A DNA stretch of 64,000 nt, from contig NW_026782145.1 of NCBI RefSeq assembly GCF_031769215.1, positions 930,001 to 994,000 on the forward strand, written 5' to 3'. This stretch comes from Ylistrum balloti (lineage: Eukaryota). Of the stretch, positions 26,205 to 38,402 are shown one piece after another (position 1 is the first letter of the stretch; each line of letters begins with the position of its first letter). A program made the position numbers and the translations under genes. Below the pieces are notes generated by a model. That model worked only from the letters and a program-made list of their open reading frames with translations, made no database searches and had not been told where the DNA came from.

Positions 26205-29200
26205 AGTTAGTGATTTAGAGGTCTGATCAATACTACCATCCAGTCAGTGATATTGGGGACAAATAGACCCACCATCCAGTCAGTGATATTGGGGACAAAT
26301 AGACCCACCATCCAGTCAGTGATATTGGGGACAAATAGACCCACCATCCAGTCAGTGATATTGGGGACAAATAGACCCACCATCCAGTCAGTGATTTAGA
26401 GGTCTGATCAATACTACCATCCAGTCAGTGATATTGGGGACAAATAGACCCACCATCCAGTCAGTGATATTGGGGACAAATAGACCCACCATCCAGTCAG
26501 TGATATTGGGGACAAATAGACCCACCATCCAGTCAGTGATATTGGGGACAAATAGACCCACCATCCAGTCAGTGATTTAGAGGTCTGATCAATACTACCA
26601 TCCAGTCAGTGATATTGGGGACAAATAGACCCACCATCCAGTCAGTGATATTGGAGACAAATAGACCCACCATCCAGTCAGTGATATTGGGGACAAATAG
26701 ATCTACCATCCTGTCAGTGATATTGGGGACAAATAGACCTACCATCCAGTCAGTGATATTGAGGACAAATAGACCCACCATCCTGTCAGTGATATTGAGG
26801 ACAAATAGACCCACCATCCTGTCAGTGATATTGAGGACAAATAGACCTACCATCCAGTCAGTGATATTGGGCACAAATAGACCCACCATCCAGTCAGTGA
26901 TATTGAGGACAAATAGACCCACCATCCAGTCAGTGATATTGGGGACAAATAGACCCACCATCCAGTCAGTGATATTGAGGACAAATAGACCTACCATCCT
27001 GTCAGTGATATTGGGCACAAATAGACCCACCATCCAGTCAGTGATATTGAGGACAAATAGACCCACCATCCAGTCAGTGATATTGAGGACAAATAGACCC
27101 ACCATCCAGTCAGTGATATTGGGCACAAATAGACCCACCATCCAGTCAGTGATATTGAGGACAAATAGACCCACCATCCAGTCAGTGATATTGAGGACAA
27201 ATAGACCCACCATCCAGTCAGTGATATTGGGGACAAATAGATCTACCATCCAGTCAGTGATATTGAGGACAAATAGACCCACCATCCAGTCAGTGATATT
27301 GAGGACAAATAGACCCACCATCCAGTCAGTGATATTGGGGACAAATAGATCTACCATCCAGTCAGTGATTTAGAGGTCTGATCAATACTACCATCCAGTC
27401 AGTGATATTGGGGACAAATATATCTACCATCCAGTCAGTGATATTGGGGACAAATATATCTACCATCCAGTCAGTGATATTGGGGACAAATAGATCTACA
27501 ATCCTGTCAGTGATATTGGGGACAAATAGATCTACCATCCAGTCAGTGATATTGGGGACAAATAGATCTACCATCCAGTCAGTGATATTGCGGACAAATA
27601 GACCCACCATCCAGTCAGTGATATTGGGGACAAATATATCTACCATCCAGTCAGTGATATTGGGGACAAATATATCTACCATCCAGTCAGTGATATTGGG
27701 GACAAATAGATCTACCATCCAGTCAGTGATATTGGGGACAAATAGATCTACCATCCAGTCAGTGATATTGAGGACAAATAGACCCACCATCCAGTCAGTG
27801 ATATTGGGGACAAATATATCTACCATCCAGTCAGTGATATTGGGGACAAATAGATCTACAATCCTGTCAGTGATATTGGGGACAAATATATCTACCATCC
27901 AGTCAGTGATATTGGGGACAAATAGATCTACCATCCAGTCAGTGATATTGAGGACAAATAGATCTACCATCCAGTCAGTGATTTAGAGGTCTGATCAATA
28001 CTACCATCCAGTCAGTGATATTGGGGACAAATATATCTACCATCCAGTCAGTGATATTGGGGACAAATATATCTACCATCCAGTCAGTGATATTGGGGAC
28101 AAATAGATCTACAATCCTGTCAGTGATATTGGGGACAAATAGATCTACAATCCTGTCAGTGATATTGGGGACAAATAGATCTACCATCCAGTCAGTGATA
28201 TTGGGGACAAATATATCTACCATCCAGTCAGTGATATTGAGGACAAATAGACCCACCATCCAGTCAGTGATATTGGGGACAAATATATCTACCATCCAGT
28301 CAGTGATATTGGGGACAAATAGATCTACAATCCTGTCAGTGATATTGGGGACAAATATATCTACCATCCAGTCAGTGATATTGGGGACAAATAGATCTAC
28401 CATCCAGTCAGTGATATTGAGGACAAATAGACCCACCATCCAGTCAGTGATATTGGGGACAAATATATCTACCATCCAGTCAGTGATATTGGGGACAAAT
28501 AGATCTACAATCCTGTCAGTGATATTGGGGACAAATATATCTACCATCCAGTCAGTGATATTGGGGACAAATATATCTACCATCCAGTCAGTGATATTGG
28601 GGACAAATATATCTACAATCCTGTCAGTGATATTGGGGACAAATAGATCTACAATCCTGTCAGTGATATTGGGGACAAATAGATCTACCATCCAGTCAGT
28701 GATATTGGGGACAAATATATCTACCATCCAGTCAGTGATATTGAGGACAAATAGACCCACCATCCAGTCAGTGATATTGGGGACAAATATATCTACCATC
28801 CAGTCAGTGATATTGGGGACAAATAGATCTACAATCCTGTCAGTGATATTGGGGACAAATATATCTACCATCCAGTCAGTGATATTGGGGACAAATAGAT
28901 CTACCATCCAGTCAGTGATATTGAGGACAAATAGACCCACCATCCAGTCAGTGATATTGGGGACAAATATATCTACCATCCAGTCAGTGATATTGGGGAC
29001 AAATAGATCTACAATCCTGTCAGTGATATTGGGGACAAATATATCTACCATCCAGTCAGTGATATTGGGGACAAATAGATCTACCATCCAGTCAGTGATA
29101 TTGAGGACAAATAGACCCACCATCCAGTCAGTGATATTGGGGACAAATATATCTACCATCCAGTCAGTGATATTGGGGACAAATAGATCTACCATCCAGT

Positions 29201-29350
29201 CAGTGATATTGAGGACAAATAGACCCACCATCCAGTCAGTGATATTGGGAACAAATAGACCTACCATCCAGTCAGTGATATTGAGGACAAATAGACCCAC
29301 CATCCAGTCAGTGATATTGGGGACAAATATATCTACCATCCTGTCAGTGA
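26205..29350. repeat. Minisatellite, 36-bp unit (accatccagtcagtgatattggggacaaatagaccc) with 37-bp variant units and a 180-bp higher-order repeat
   Basis: Variant tttagaggtctgatcaatact at 26214, 26395, 26576, 27369 and 27982; 180-bp periodicity in 28261-29160. Confidence 0.97.
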
Positions 29351-30105
29351 TTTTTGGGACAGATTGACCCCACTATTCAGTTTTTGTTTTAGAGGTTCGA
29401 TTGACCCCACCATCCAGTCAGTGCTTTAGGGGACAGATTGACCCCATCATCCAGTCAGTGAGTAAGGGGACAAATTGACCCCATCATCCAGTCAGTGTTT
29501 TAGAGGTCTCATTCACCAACCATCCAGTCAGTGCTTTAGGGGACAGATTGACCCCATCATCCAGTCAGTGCTTTCGGGGACAGATTGACCCCGCCATCCA
29601 GTCAGTGCTTTAGGGGACAGATTGACCCCGCCATCCAGTCAGTGCTTTAGGGGACAGATTGACCCCACCATCCAGTCAGTGTTTTAGGGGACAGATTGAC
29701 CCCGCCATCCAGTCAGTGCTTTAGGGGACAGATTGACCCCACCATCCAGTCAGTGCTTTAGGGGACAGATTGACCCCGCCATCCAGTCAGTGCTTTAGGG
29801 GACAGATTGACCCCACCATCCAGTCAGTGTTTTAGGGGACAGATTGACCCCGCCATCCAGTCAGTGCTTTAGGACAGATTGACCCCACCATCCAGTCAGT
29901 GCTTTAGGGGACAGATTGACCCCGCCATCCAGTCAGTGCTTTAGGGAACAGATTGACCCCGCCATCCAGTCAGTGCTTTAGGGAACAGATTGACCCCGCC
30001 ATCCAGTCAGTGCTTTAGGGGACAGATTGACCCCGCCATCCAGTCAGTGCTTTAGGGGACAGATTGACCCCACCATCCAGTCAGTGCTTTTAAGAGGTCT
30101 CATTC
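29351..30105. repeat. Minisatellite, 37-bp unit (gccatccagtcagtgctttaggggacagattgacccc), related to the adjacent 36-mer
   Basis: Shares ccatccagtcagtg and ggggaca with the preceding array. Confidence 0.93.
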
Positions 30106-30109
30106 ACCA

Positions 30110-30980
30110 ACCATCCAGCCAAACCCACTATCCTCCAGACCTTGTCAACCCAAACCCACTATCCTCCAGACCTTGTCAACCCAAACCCACTATCCTCCAG
30201 ACCTTGTCAACCCAAACCCACTATCCTCCAGACCTTGTCAATCCAAACCCACTATCCTCCAGACCTTGTCAATCCAAACCCACTATCCTCCAGACCTTGT
30301 CAATCCAAGCCCACTATCCTCCAGACCTTGTCAATCCAAACCCACTATCCTCCAGACCTTGTCAATCCAAACCCACTATCCTCAAGACCTTGTCAATGCA
30401 AACCCAGTATCCCCCAGACCTTGTCAATCCAAGCCCACTATCCTCCAGACCTTGTCAATCCAAACCCACTATCCTCAAGACCTTGTCAATCCAAACCCAC
30501 TATCCTCAAGACCTTGTCAATCCAAACCCAGTATCCTCCAGACCTTGTCAATCCAAACCCACTAATCTCCAGACCTTGTCTATCCAAACCCACTATCCTC
30601 CAGACCTTGTCAATCCAAACCCACTATCCTCCAGACCTTGTCAATCCAAACCCACTATCCTCCAGACCTTGTCAATCCAAACCCACTATCCTCCAGACCT
30701 TGTCAATCCAAACCCACTATCCTCCAGACCTTGTCTATCCAAACCCAGTATCCTCCAGGCTTTGTCCAACAAAACCAGTTATCAAACCCCAGGATATTAA
30801 AGACCTTGTCCAACACTGGTATCCTATGGACCTTGACCAACAAAACTGGTTCATTAAATCCCAGTATACTATGGACATTGTCCAACCATACAAGTCCATC
30901 AAAACCCACTATCCTCCATATATGATTATCCAACATCTTCAAGTATCCTTCAGACCTTGTCCAACACAAGATTATCAGTA
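30110..30980. repeat. Minisatellite, 31-bp unit (ccaaacccactatcctccagaccttgtcaat)
   Basis: Direct inspection; open in several frames because the unit lacks plus-strand stops. Confidence 0.95.
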
Positions 30981-33900
30981 AAACTTAAAATTTTCAAGGA
31001 GCATAAAAATGAGCCCATCAAACCCCAATATCCACAAGCCCATGTCCAACAAAACCAGTCCATCAAACCTATGTATCAATCTGTAGGGTTTGAGAAATGC
31101 CCCTTGGCCTCCATTCAAACACGAATGCACTAATTGGATGTAAAATCCACTACATGATGAAAAGAGCTATTTCCAAACTACATACAAACTGCCTCTAATT
31201 CTGACTCTATCAACATTTGGAATGATCAGCTCAATGATAGCCTGTTTTCACATGTTTTATAACATAGCTCATCATATCCATCCATTGCATGCCACCAAGT
31301 CTTATTTTTGGAAAGTGTTTACAAGTATGCCAAGCCCCTGTGTGGAGCCCCAGTGGTTTAAGTCAATCATTATATACACCTTTTCCACACATCACAGTGG
31401 TGCTCTCTTTCCTGTTTAATCTATTACTGTCAGTTACAGAGGGCCTATCATGGGGTGAATAGTAATCATCTGATAAATATTTGTTCTAAATCTAAAACGT
31501 TTCCATCCAAAGTTATCGTTTTATAAATAAATGAAACACTTAAATTTTCTTTCTAAAATGCAAAAACAATGTAAACACTTTTATTTATTTACAGAGCAAG
31601 CATGAACTACTAATGTGATGAAAAGAACTAATTAATTAAATGATTACATCCACTTTGCATTATCTAACTGTAATCAACAAAAACATTGAAGTCTAATTTG
31701 TCCTGGCATTGCCATCAGAATTCTGTGAACTAGGTGATTTTGTACTGAAGTAAATATTATGTTTCAACCAATGTCAGATGAAGAGCTTTTGATTGACAGC
31801 TGAAGCTGCCATGAGATGATAGGGTTACCATAACAGTACATTCTGTTACAGTCATTAGTATAGAACTACCATCTATCTGACCCCTGTTATTTTGCTGACC
31901 TCTGACAAACATCCAAGCACAAACAACCTGCTGCTGTAACTCTGACAGTTCATCAGGTGTGTCTATTAAGAGAAATTAGGTGATAATGCCAAGAGAATGA
32001 GGAAATATATAGACAATAAAACAGTACAGAAAACCTTAACGACAGAAGATCTAGGATACAGAAGGTCATTCACAGGCCAGTTCTATACCTCAGGGCTTAA
32101 ATCTCAATTAATATTATTTTCTATTTAATGAAGGCATAAACCAAAGGTAAAGAAAACATAATCTAATATTAATGATAAGATAAATCTGACCAATCAGAAT
32201 AAAGCATCCGGCAATACAAAAACATATTTTTCAAAAGAAATGGTAAAAATACCAATGGTAGCTGTTGTTGTTGTTTGGGGGGGAGGGGTGTGTGGGTGGG
32301 CGTTACAAAATGTATCAATGGTAGCTATTTTTGCAATCAGTTATATCAACATTAATGTATGTGTAAATCCATACACATTTTCTTTATCTGGTGAAATGGG
32401 ATTTTCATCAATGTGTTCATCACAATAATATCTGAAATAATGACCATGTATTTTTTTGCTCAATTCTAGGAAAGGGAGGCAATCCACCCAGAGTGACTCT
32501 AACTGAATTTTAGGTATGACAAACTAACTTTTGGGCAACAATGTGTAGATGTAACACTTTACTATTTATTAGTGCATCGATGAGTGTGACACTTCCCTTA
32601 TAACATCCTTTCATGCTGACCTCTGACAAAAATGTGAAAAAGTTGGGGAAATGTACAATAGAATAGATATCGACCTTTTCATTGGTGACTAGGAAGTTTT
32701 ATCAACCCTCAAAAGTGATATATTTCTCTGGGCCTTTAATTTCAGGTAAAATCACTGTCTCAGGTTGATACTCATATTCTCGTGAAAACTGGTCAATTAT
32801 TGTATATCAACATGACAATTTTAACAATAATATGATTTATTTAAGGCTATTTTCACTAACATGGTATGTATAATAAAATTCAGAAATTATTAATTCAACA
32901 TAAAAACCTCAGCCTCATGTTAACAAAGTAATACTTAAACCAATACAATTGAAGGTTTAAGATCAATATTAATCAGCCTTCTCTGGAACATGTTACAGGA
33001 TTCAAGTCATCGCCCTATGAATGACATGATATTCAGCCATGAAATGTTGTGTAAACCAAGCAAGAATATCACTACCATCAATCAGTTACTCTGATTGTTA
33101 AAAGGAACTCACTATCATATAGTTAGATTAAGCATTATTTTTTGTTTCACCATTCAGTCTTGGGGAAAAAACAGAATTATGGTTTGTTTGCTTGGTTTAT
33201 CTCCACATGAACAGCCAGCACCATTTACAGACAGGTAGCTACCTCACTGACCACTATGTGGGAGACCCATCACATGCTATCCAGAGCATTTGGGTGATAA
33301 GTGTTTTGCCCACCGAAACTGCCACAATAGCACAGGGCATTTGGTTTCTCAGTTTCCTGACCTACATGCCTCAAGTAGAGATCATTGAACCATACACCTC
33401 AGGTTTTCCTCACGAGAAATCCAAGTCTGATGTTCTACTTATTAAGCAACAAAAATTGAGCAACATATGAATTTTAAATGTACAGAGATAGAAACAAACA
33501 TCTATTAATACAACCAAAAGTAATTTACTTCCATACATAAGACGTAGAATACCTATAAATTTCTGTGATGGAATCAAAAGGCAGCAACAAACTGAACTAC
33601 AAACACTAACATCAGGAAACCCCAAAATCTGGTCCAAGATTTTATACCATCTTGTATCGGAAGCAATTTAGACAGAAGGAAATTTCTTCTGCGCTTCAAT
33701 TTAAATTTCTAATGAGCAGACTGACGAATTAAAGTGATACAACAGTGTGAGACAGTGTGTATGTTGCTGCTTAAACTCTCTGTATCACAGGTTGGTGAAC
33801 CACAGCAGATTTTACAACACAACTGGATCTTCTTCCCAGATTAATTTACAATATGTGATTGCTGACGAAGTATTCAATTGAAATAAATGAAATCTGGCTG

Positions 33901-34039
33901 ATAGGAGATGCTGAAGATTTAATGGAATCCGTTTTTAATTTAAACAAAATTCATCTCTTTCCAGAGCAGAAAATAAATTCATTAAAAATGCTTTGTTTAA
34001 TGTTGTGAATTTTTTCTACAGTAAAAGTTTGCAACCTAC

Positions 34040-34255
34040 CATAAGCTTGGCAGCCATCATGAATTTCTGTATCCCTGTCGGAGGGTGTGTCTGAGAGATC
34101 CTCCAGTGACCTTGCAGGAGAGTCGAGATCAATTATATTATCACTGCTACCATCATTGCTACCAAGTGCCTCCATAAAAACTTGGAGATCTTTGGATTTC
34201 AGAATGATAGCCCTCAGTTTACTATCAGTTTGATCCTCAAATGCTCTCTGCTTAT
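34040..34255 (-). CDS. AKAP13/ARHGEF28: Coding exon of the RhoGEF-like gene (acidic/Ser-rich, probably disordered)
   Basis: Acceptor ttttcttcgatttccacag|AT, donor TATG|gtaggt; 216 nt, phase 1 to 1: (D)KQRAFEDQTDSKLRAIILKSKDLQVFMEALGSNDGSSDNIIDLDSPARSLEDLSDTPSDRDTEIHDGCQAY. Assignment rests on splice sites and phase, not on recognised homology. Confidence 0.7.
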
Positions 34256-34589
34256 CTGTGGAAATCGAAGAAAAATAAAACAAGTCAAACTATGATTTTA
34301 TTTGAGAAAAAATAAATATCAATGTATTTAAGTTCACACAGTTACATATTTAACTGTTAAATCCTATACAACAGGTGACAAGTCAATGTGCATAAAATAA
34401 TTACCTATTTCAATAAGGTCATGACCTTGAACTTGGTGTAACCTTGTCCCTAGGCCATAATCTAAAATACTTTTCAATAATTTACAACAGTTCATTGTAT
34501 CTCCTACTGCCTTTATCCTATCCAGACGTTTCATCAAACTCAAACATCTGTGAAAGGGCTTGTTACAGGACCCAAGGAGAAGGCCAGAC

Positions 34590-36405
34590 AAAGGTCTGCT
34601 GTGTGTATCCCAGTAACATATGGTAGTCTAAGGGAAGGTCTGCTGTGTGTATCCCAGTAACATATGGTAGTCTAAGGGAAGGTCTGCTCAGTCTATCCCA
34701 GTAACATAAGGTAGTCTAAGGGAAGGTCTGCTGTGTGTATCCCAGTAACATATGGAAGTCTAAGGGAAGGTCTGCTGTGTGTATCCCAGTAACATAAGGT
34801 AGTCTAAGGGAAGGTCTGCTGTGTGTATCCCAGTAACATATGGTAGTCTAAGGGAAGGTCTGCTGTGTGTATCCCAGTAACATATGGTAGTCTAAGGGAA
34901 GGTCTGCTGTGTGTATCCCAGTAACATATGGTAGTCTAAGGGAAGGTCTGCTGTGTGTATCCCAGTAACATATGGTAGTCTAAGGGAAGGTCTGCTGTGT
35001 GTATCCCAGTAACATATGGTAGTCTAAGGGAAGGTCTGCTGTGTGTATCCCAGTAACATATGGTAGTCTAAGGGAAGGTCTGCTGTGTGTATCCCAGTAA
35101 CATATGGTAGTCTAAGGGAAGGTCTGCTGTGTGTATCCCAGTAACATATGGTAGTCTAAGGGAAGACCTGCTGTGTGTATCCCAGTAACATAAGGTAGTC
35201 TAAGGGAAGGTCTGCTCAGTCTATCCCAGTAACATATGGTAGTCTAAGGGAAGGTCTGCTGTGTGTATCCCAGTAACATAAGGTAGTTTAAGGGAAGGTC
35301 TGCTGTATGTATCCCAGTAACATATGGTAGTCTAAGGGAAGGTCTGCTGTGTGTATCCTAGTAACATATGGTAGTCTAAGGGAAGGCCTGCTGTGTGTAT
35401 CCCAGTAACATATGGTAGTCTAAGGGAAGGTCTGCTCAGTCTATCCCAGTAACATATGGTAGTCTAAGGGAAGGTCTGCTGTGTGTATCCCAGTAACATA
35501 TGGTAGTCTAAGGGAAGACCTGCTGTGTGTATCCCAGTAACATAAGGTAGTCTAAGGGAAGGTCTGCTCAGTCTATCCCAGTAACATATGGTAGTCTAAG
35601 GGAAGGTCTGCTGTGTGTATCCCAGTAACATAAGGTAGTCTAAGGGAAGGTCTGCTGTGTGTATCCCAGTAACATATGGAAGTCTAAGGGAAGGTCTGCT
35701 GTGTGTATCCCAGTAACATATGGTAGTCTAAGGGAAGGTCTGCTGTGTGTATCCCAGTAACATATGGTAGTCTAAGGGAAGGTCTGCTCAGTCTATCCCA
35801 GTAACATATGGTAGTCTAAGGGAAGGTCTGCTGTGTGTATCCCAGTAACATATGGTAGTCTAAGGGAAGGTCTGCTGTGTGTATCCCAGTAACATATGGT
35901 AGTCTAAGGGAAGGTCTGCTCAGTCTATCCCAGTAACATATGGTAGTCTAAGGGAAGGTCTGCTGTGTGTATCCCAGTAACATACGGTAGTCTAAGGGAA
36001 GGTCTGCTGTGTGTATCCCAGTAACATATGGTAGTCTAAGGGAAGGTCTGCTGTGTGTATCCCAGTAACATATGGTAGTCTAAGGGAAGGTCTGCTGTGT
36101 GTATCCCAGTAACATATGGTAGTCTAAGGGAAGGTCTGCTGTGTGAATCCCAGTAACATATGGTAGTCTAAGGGAAGGTCTGCTGTGTGTATCCCAGTAA
36201 CATAAGGTAGTCTAAGGGAAGGTCTGCTGTGTGTATCCCAGTAACATATGGTAGTCTAAGGGAAGGTCTGCTGTGTGTATCCCAGTAACATATGGTAGTC
36301 TAAGTGAAGGTCTGCTCAGTCTATCCCAGTAACATATGGTAGTCTAAGGGAAGGTCTGCTGTGTGTATCCCTATGATATTCGGTAGCCTAAGGGAAGGTC
36401 TTCTG
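34590..36405. repeat. Minisatellite, 44-bp unit (ggtctgctgtgtgtatcccagtaacatatggtagtctaagggaa), about 41 copies
   Basis: Direct inspection; recurrent ctcagtct variant units. Confidence 0.97.
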
Positions 36406-36869
36406 TGTATCCTAGCTGCGTTTGATGTGCCAAGTTTAAGCTCAGATCAGTATGGATTCCACAGAGACCATCATAAAAGGCAGGCCCAACCCACAGCATC
36501 AGCAACATTTTATAGCAACCAAATCTTCCCTGAGGTGGAGATAGAGGGAGAGGCTCTGTGATCAGTGATTGGGGAAGTTTGTGTATATCAGCCGCTTCAA
36601 CTTTAATCTGTAATGAGCAGTGTATGGGGACACAACAACCAAAATCAATGGTTTCAATTTCCACTGAATAATTCAGTCACTTGGAGTAAAAATAAAATCA
36701 CAGATTCTTACTGACAAACTGTAGCAGGGTTGTACTGTAGAGTTGATCAGCACTAGAAAGTGATATACATCAGGCCTCTGACTTATACATTCATTCCCTA
36801 TCCATTTAGTGTTGACACTTTGTTTTGATGATATTACAACATCAGTTATCACAAGGTCTTACTACCAAC

Positions 36870-37105
36870 ACACACCTGTACATAATGACCATATACCTGT
36901 ACATAATGACCATATACCTGTACTTAATGACAATACATCTGTTCATAATGACCATATACCTGTATTTAATGACAATATACCTGTATTTAATTATCACAAA
37001 CCTGTATATATTGACCATTTATCTGTATATAGTTAACATATACCTGTCCATTATGACCTAACACCAGTACATAATGACCATTTACCTGTATATAATGACC
37101 ATACA
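36870..37105. repeat. Degenerate 21-bp tandem repeat (acctgtacataatgaccatat)
   Basis: Explains the HNDHIPV / MTIYLYI repeat ORFs. Confidence 0.8.
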
Positions 37106-37774
37106 TAAGTTATCATTCATTCACAGGACAAAAGAAGTGTTTTTTCTTATAAAGAAAATCTACAACATAACATTTAACACTCAAAACATTATTATAGAAT
37201 GTGTTGATTACATCATGAAAAGTTTTATAAGGAATCCAAAGCCCTCCATCTCTGTAAAAAATTCAGTACAAAACACTGACAAAGGGTAATAACTCTGTAT
37301 ATGTTTGAGATTTCAGTATGAAAATTTTGCCCAGTCCCACAGGAATTACAGTCAATAGTAGGTAATTATAAGTGACAGAGTATATAATAAATTATATACA
37401 ACCATAATGAGCAGACAGCTATGCCTGCACACAATGGGACAGAATCCAATTTCTTTTGGTGTCATTCCGTCATCACAAGCATTACAACGTAGAATACTTG
37501 TAAATTGTAAGTGACATTGTATGTTAAATAGACCAGAGACAAAAGTGACATATGTGAAGATAATATACCACAGATCTGGTCAACATAAAAATCATCAGAT
37601 AGTGTGGTACTGGTATACAAATCTGTTGAACACTTGTCTGCAAAAAATGCACAAGACTTTTAACCATATTTTCTGGGTTATGAGCCATATCAGTATATAA
37701 CCCACAGGGCCAGTTTTCAGTGATTTTTATAAGCCACATCTGAATATAGACAGCACCTTTCTTACATTATGGGA

Positions 37775-38402
37775 GCACTATTCCTGACTTTTGATATACC
37801 TGGTAACAGAAAACAATATGGAAGCTCTATTGCTGATGTTTGATATACCTGGTAACAGAAAACGTTATGGAAGCTCTATTACTGATGTTTGATATACCTG
37901 GTAACAGAAAACATTATGGAAGCTCTATTACTGATGTTTGATATACCTGGTAACAGAAAACGTTATGGAAGCACTATTACTGATGTTTGATATACCTGGT
38001 AACAGAAAACGTTATGGAAGCTCTATTGCTGATGTTTGATATACCTGGTAACAGAAAACGTTATGGAAGTACTATTACTGATGTTTGATATAACTGGTAA
38101 CAGAAAACGTTATGGAAGCTCTATTACTGATGTTTGATATACCTGGTAACAGAAAACGTTATGGAAGCACTATTACTGATGTTTGATATACCTGGTAAGA
38201 GAAAACAATATGGAAGCACTATTACTGATGTTTGATATACCTGGTAACAGAAAACGTTATGGAAGCTCTATTGCTGATGTTTGATATACCTGGTAACAGA
38301 AAACATTATGGAAGCACTATTACTGATGTTTGATATACCTGGTAACAGAAAACAATATGGAAGTACTATTACTGATGTTTGATATACCTAGTAACAGAAA
38401 AC
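37775..38402. repeat. Minisatellite, 49-bp unit (gatatacctggtaacagaaaacgttatggaagctctattactgatgttt), about 13 copies
   Basis: Direct inspection. Confidence 0.95.

Noticed and set aside
26569-30981. ORFs of 190-454 aa (PNITDWMV..., TIQSVILGTN..., QTHYPPDL...)
   Set aside because: They arise from stop-free 36-bp and 31-bp units and are broken exactly at the 37-bp variant units; both strands are open, which is typical of repeat artefacts.
31820-31960. Minus-strand phase-1 acceptor followed by DTPDELSELQQQ
   Set aside because: Donors are weak and end in phase 0; no compensating exon was found before 14412.
36371-36664. 97-aa minus ORF with acceptor ctcattacag|ATTAAAGTTGAA
   Set aside because: Phase 0 entry is incompatible with the phase-1 donor at 40861, donors are weak, and the 3' end runs into the 44-bp array.
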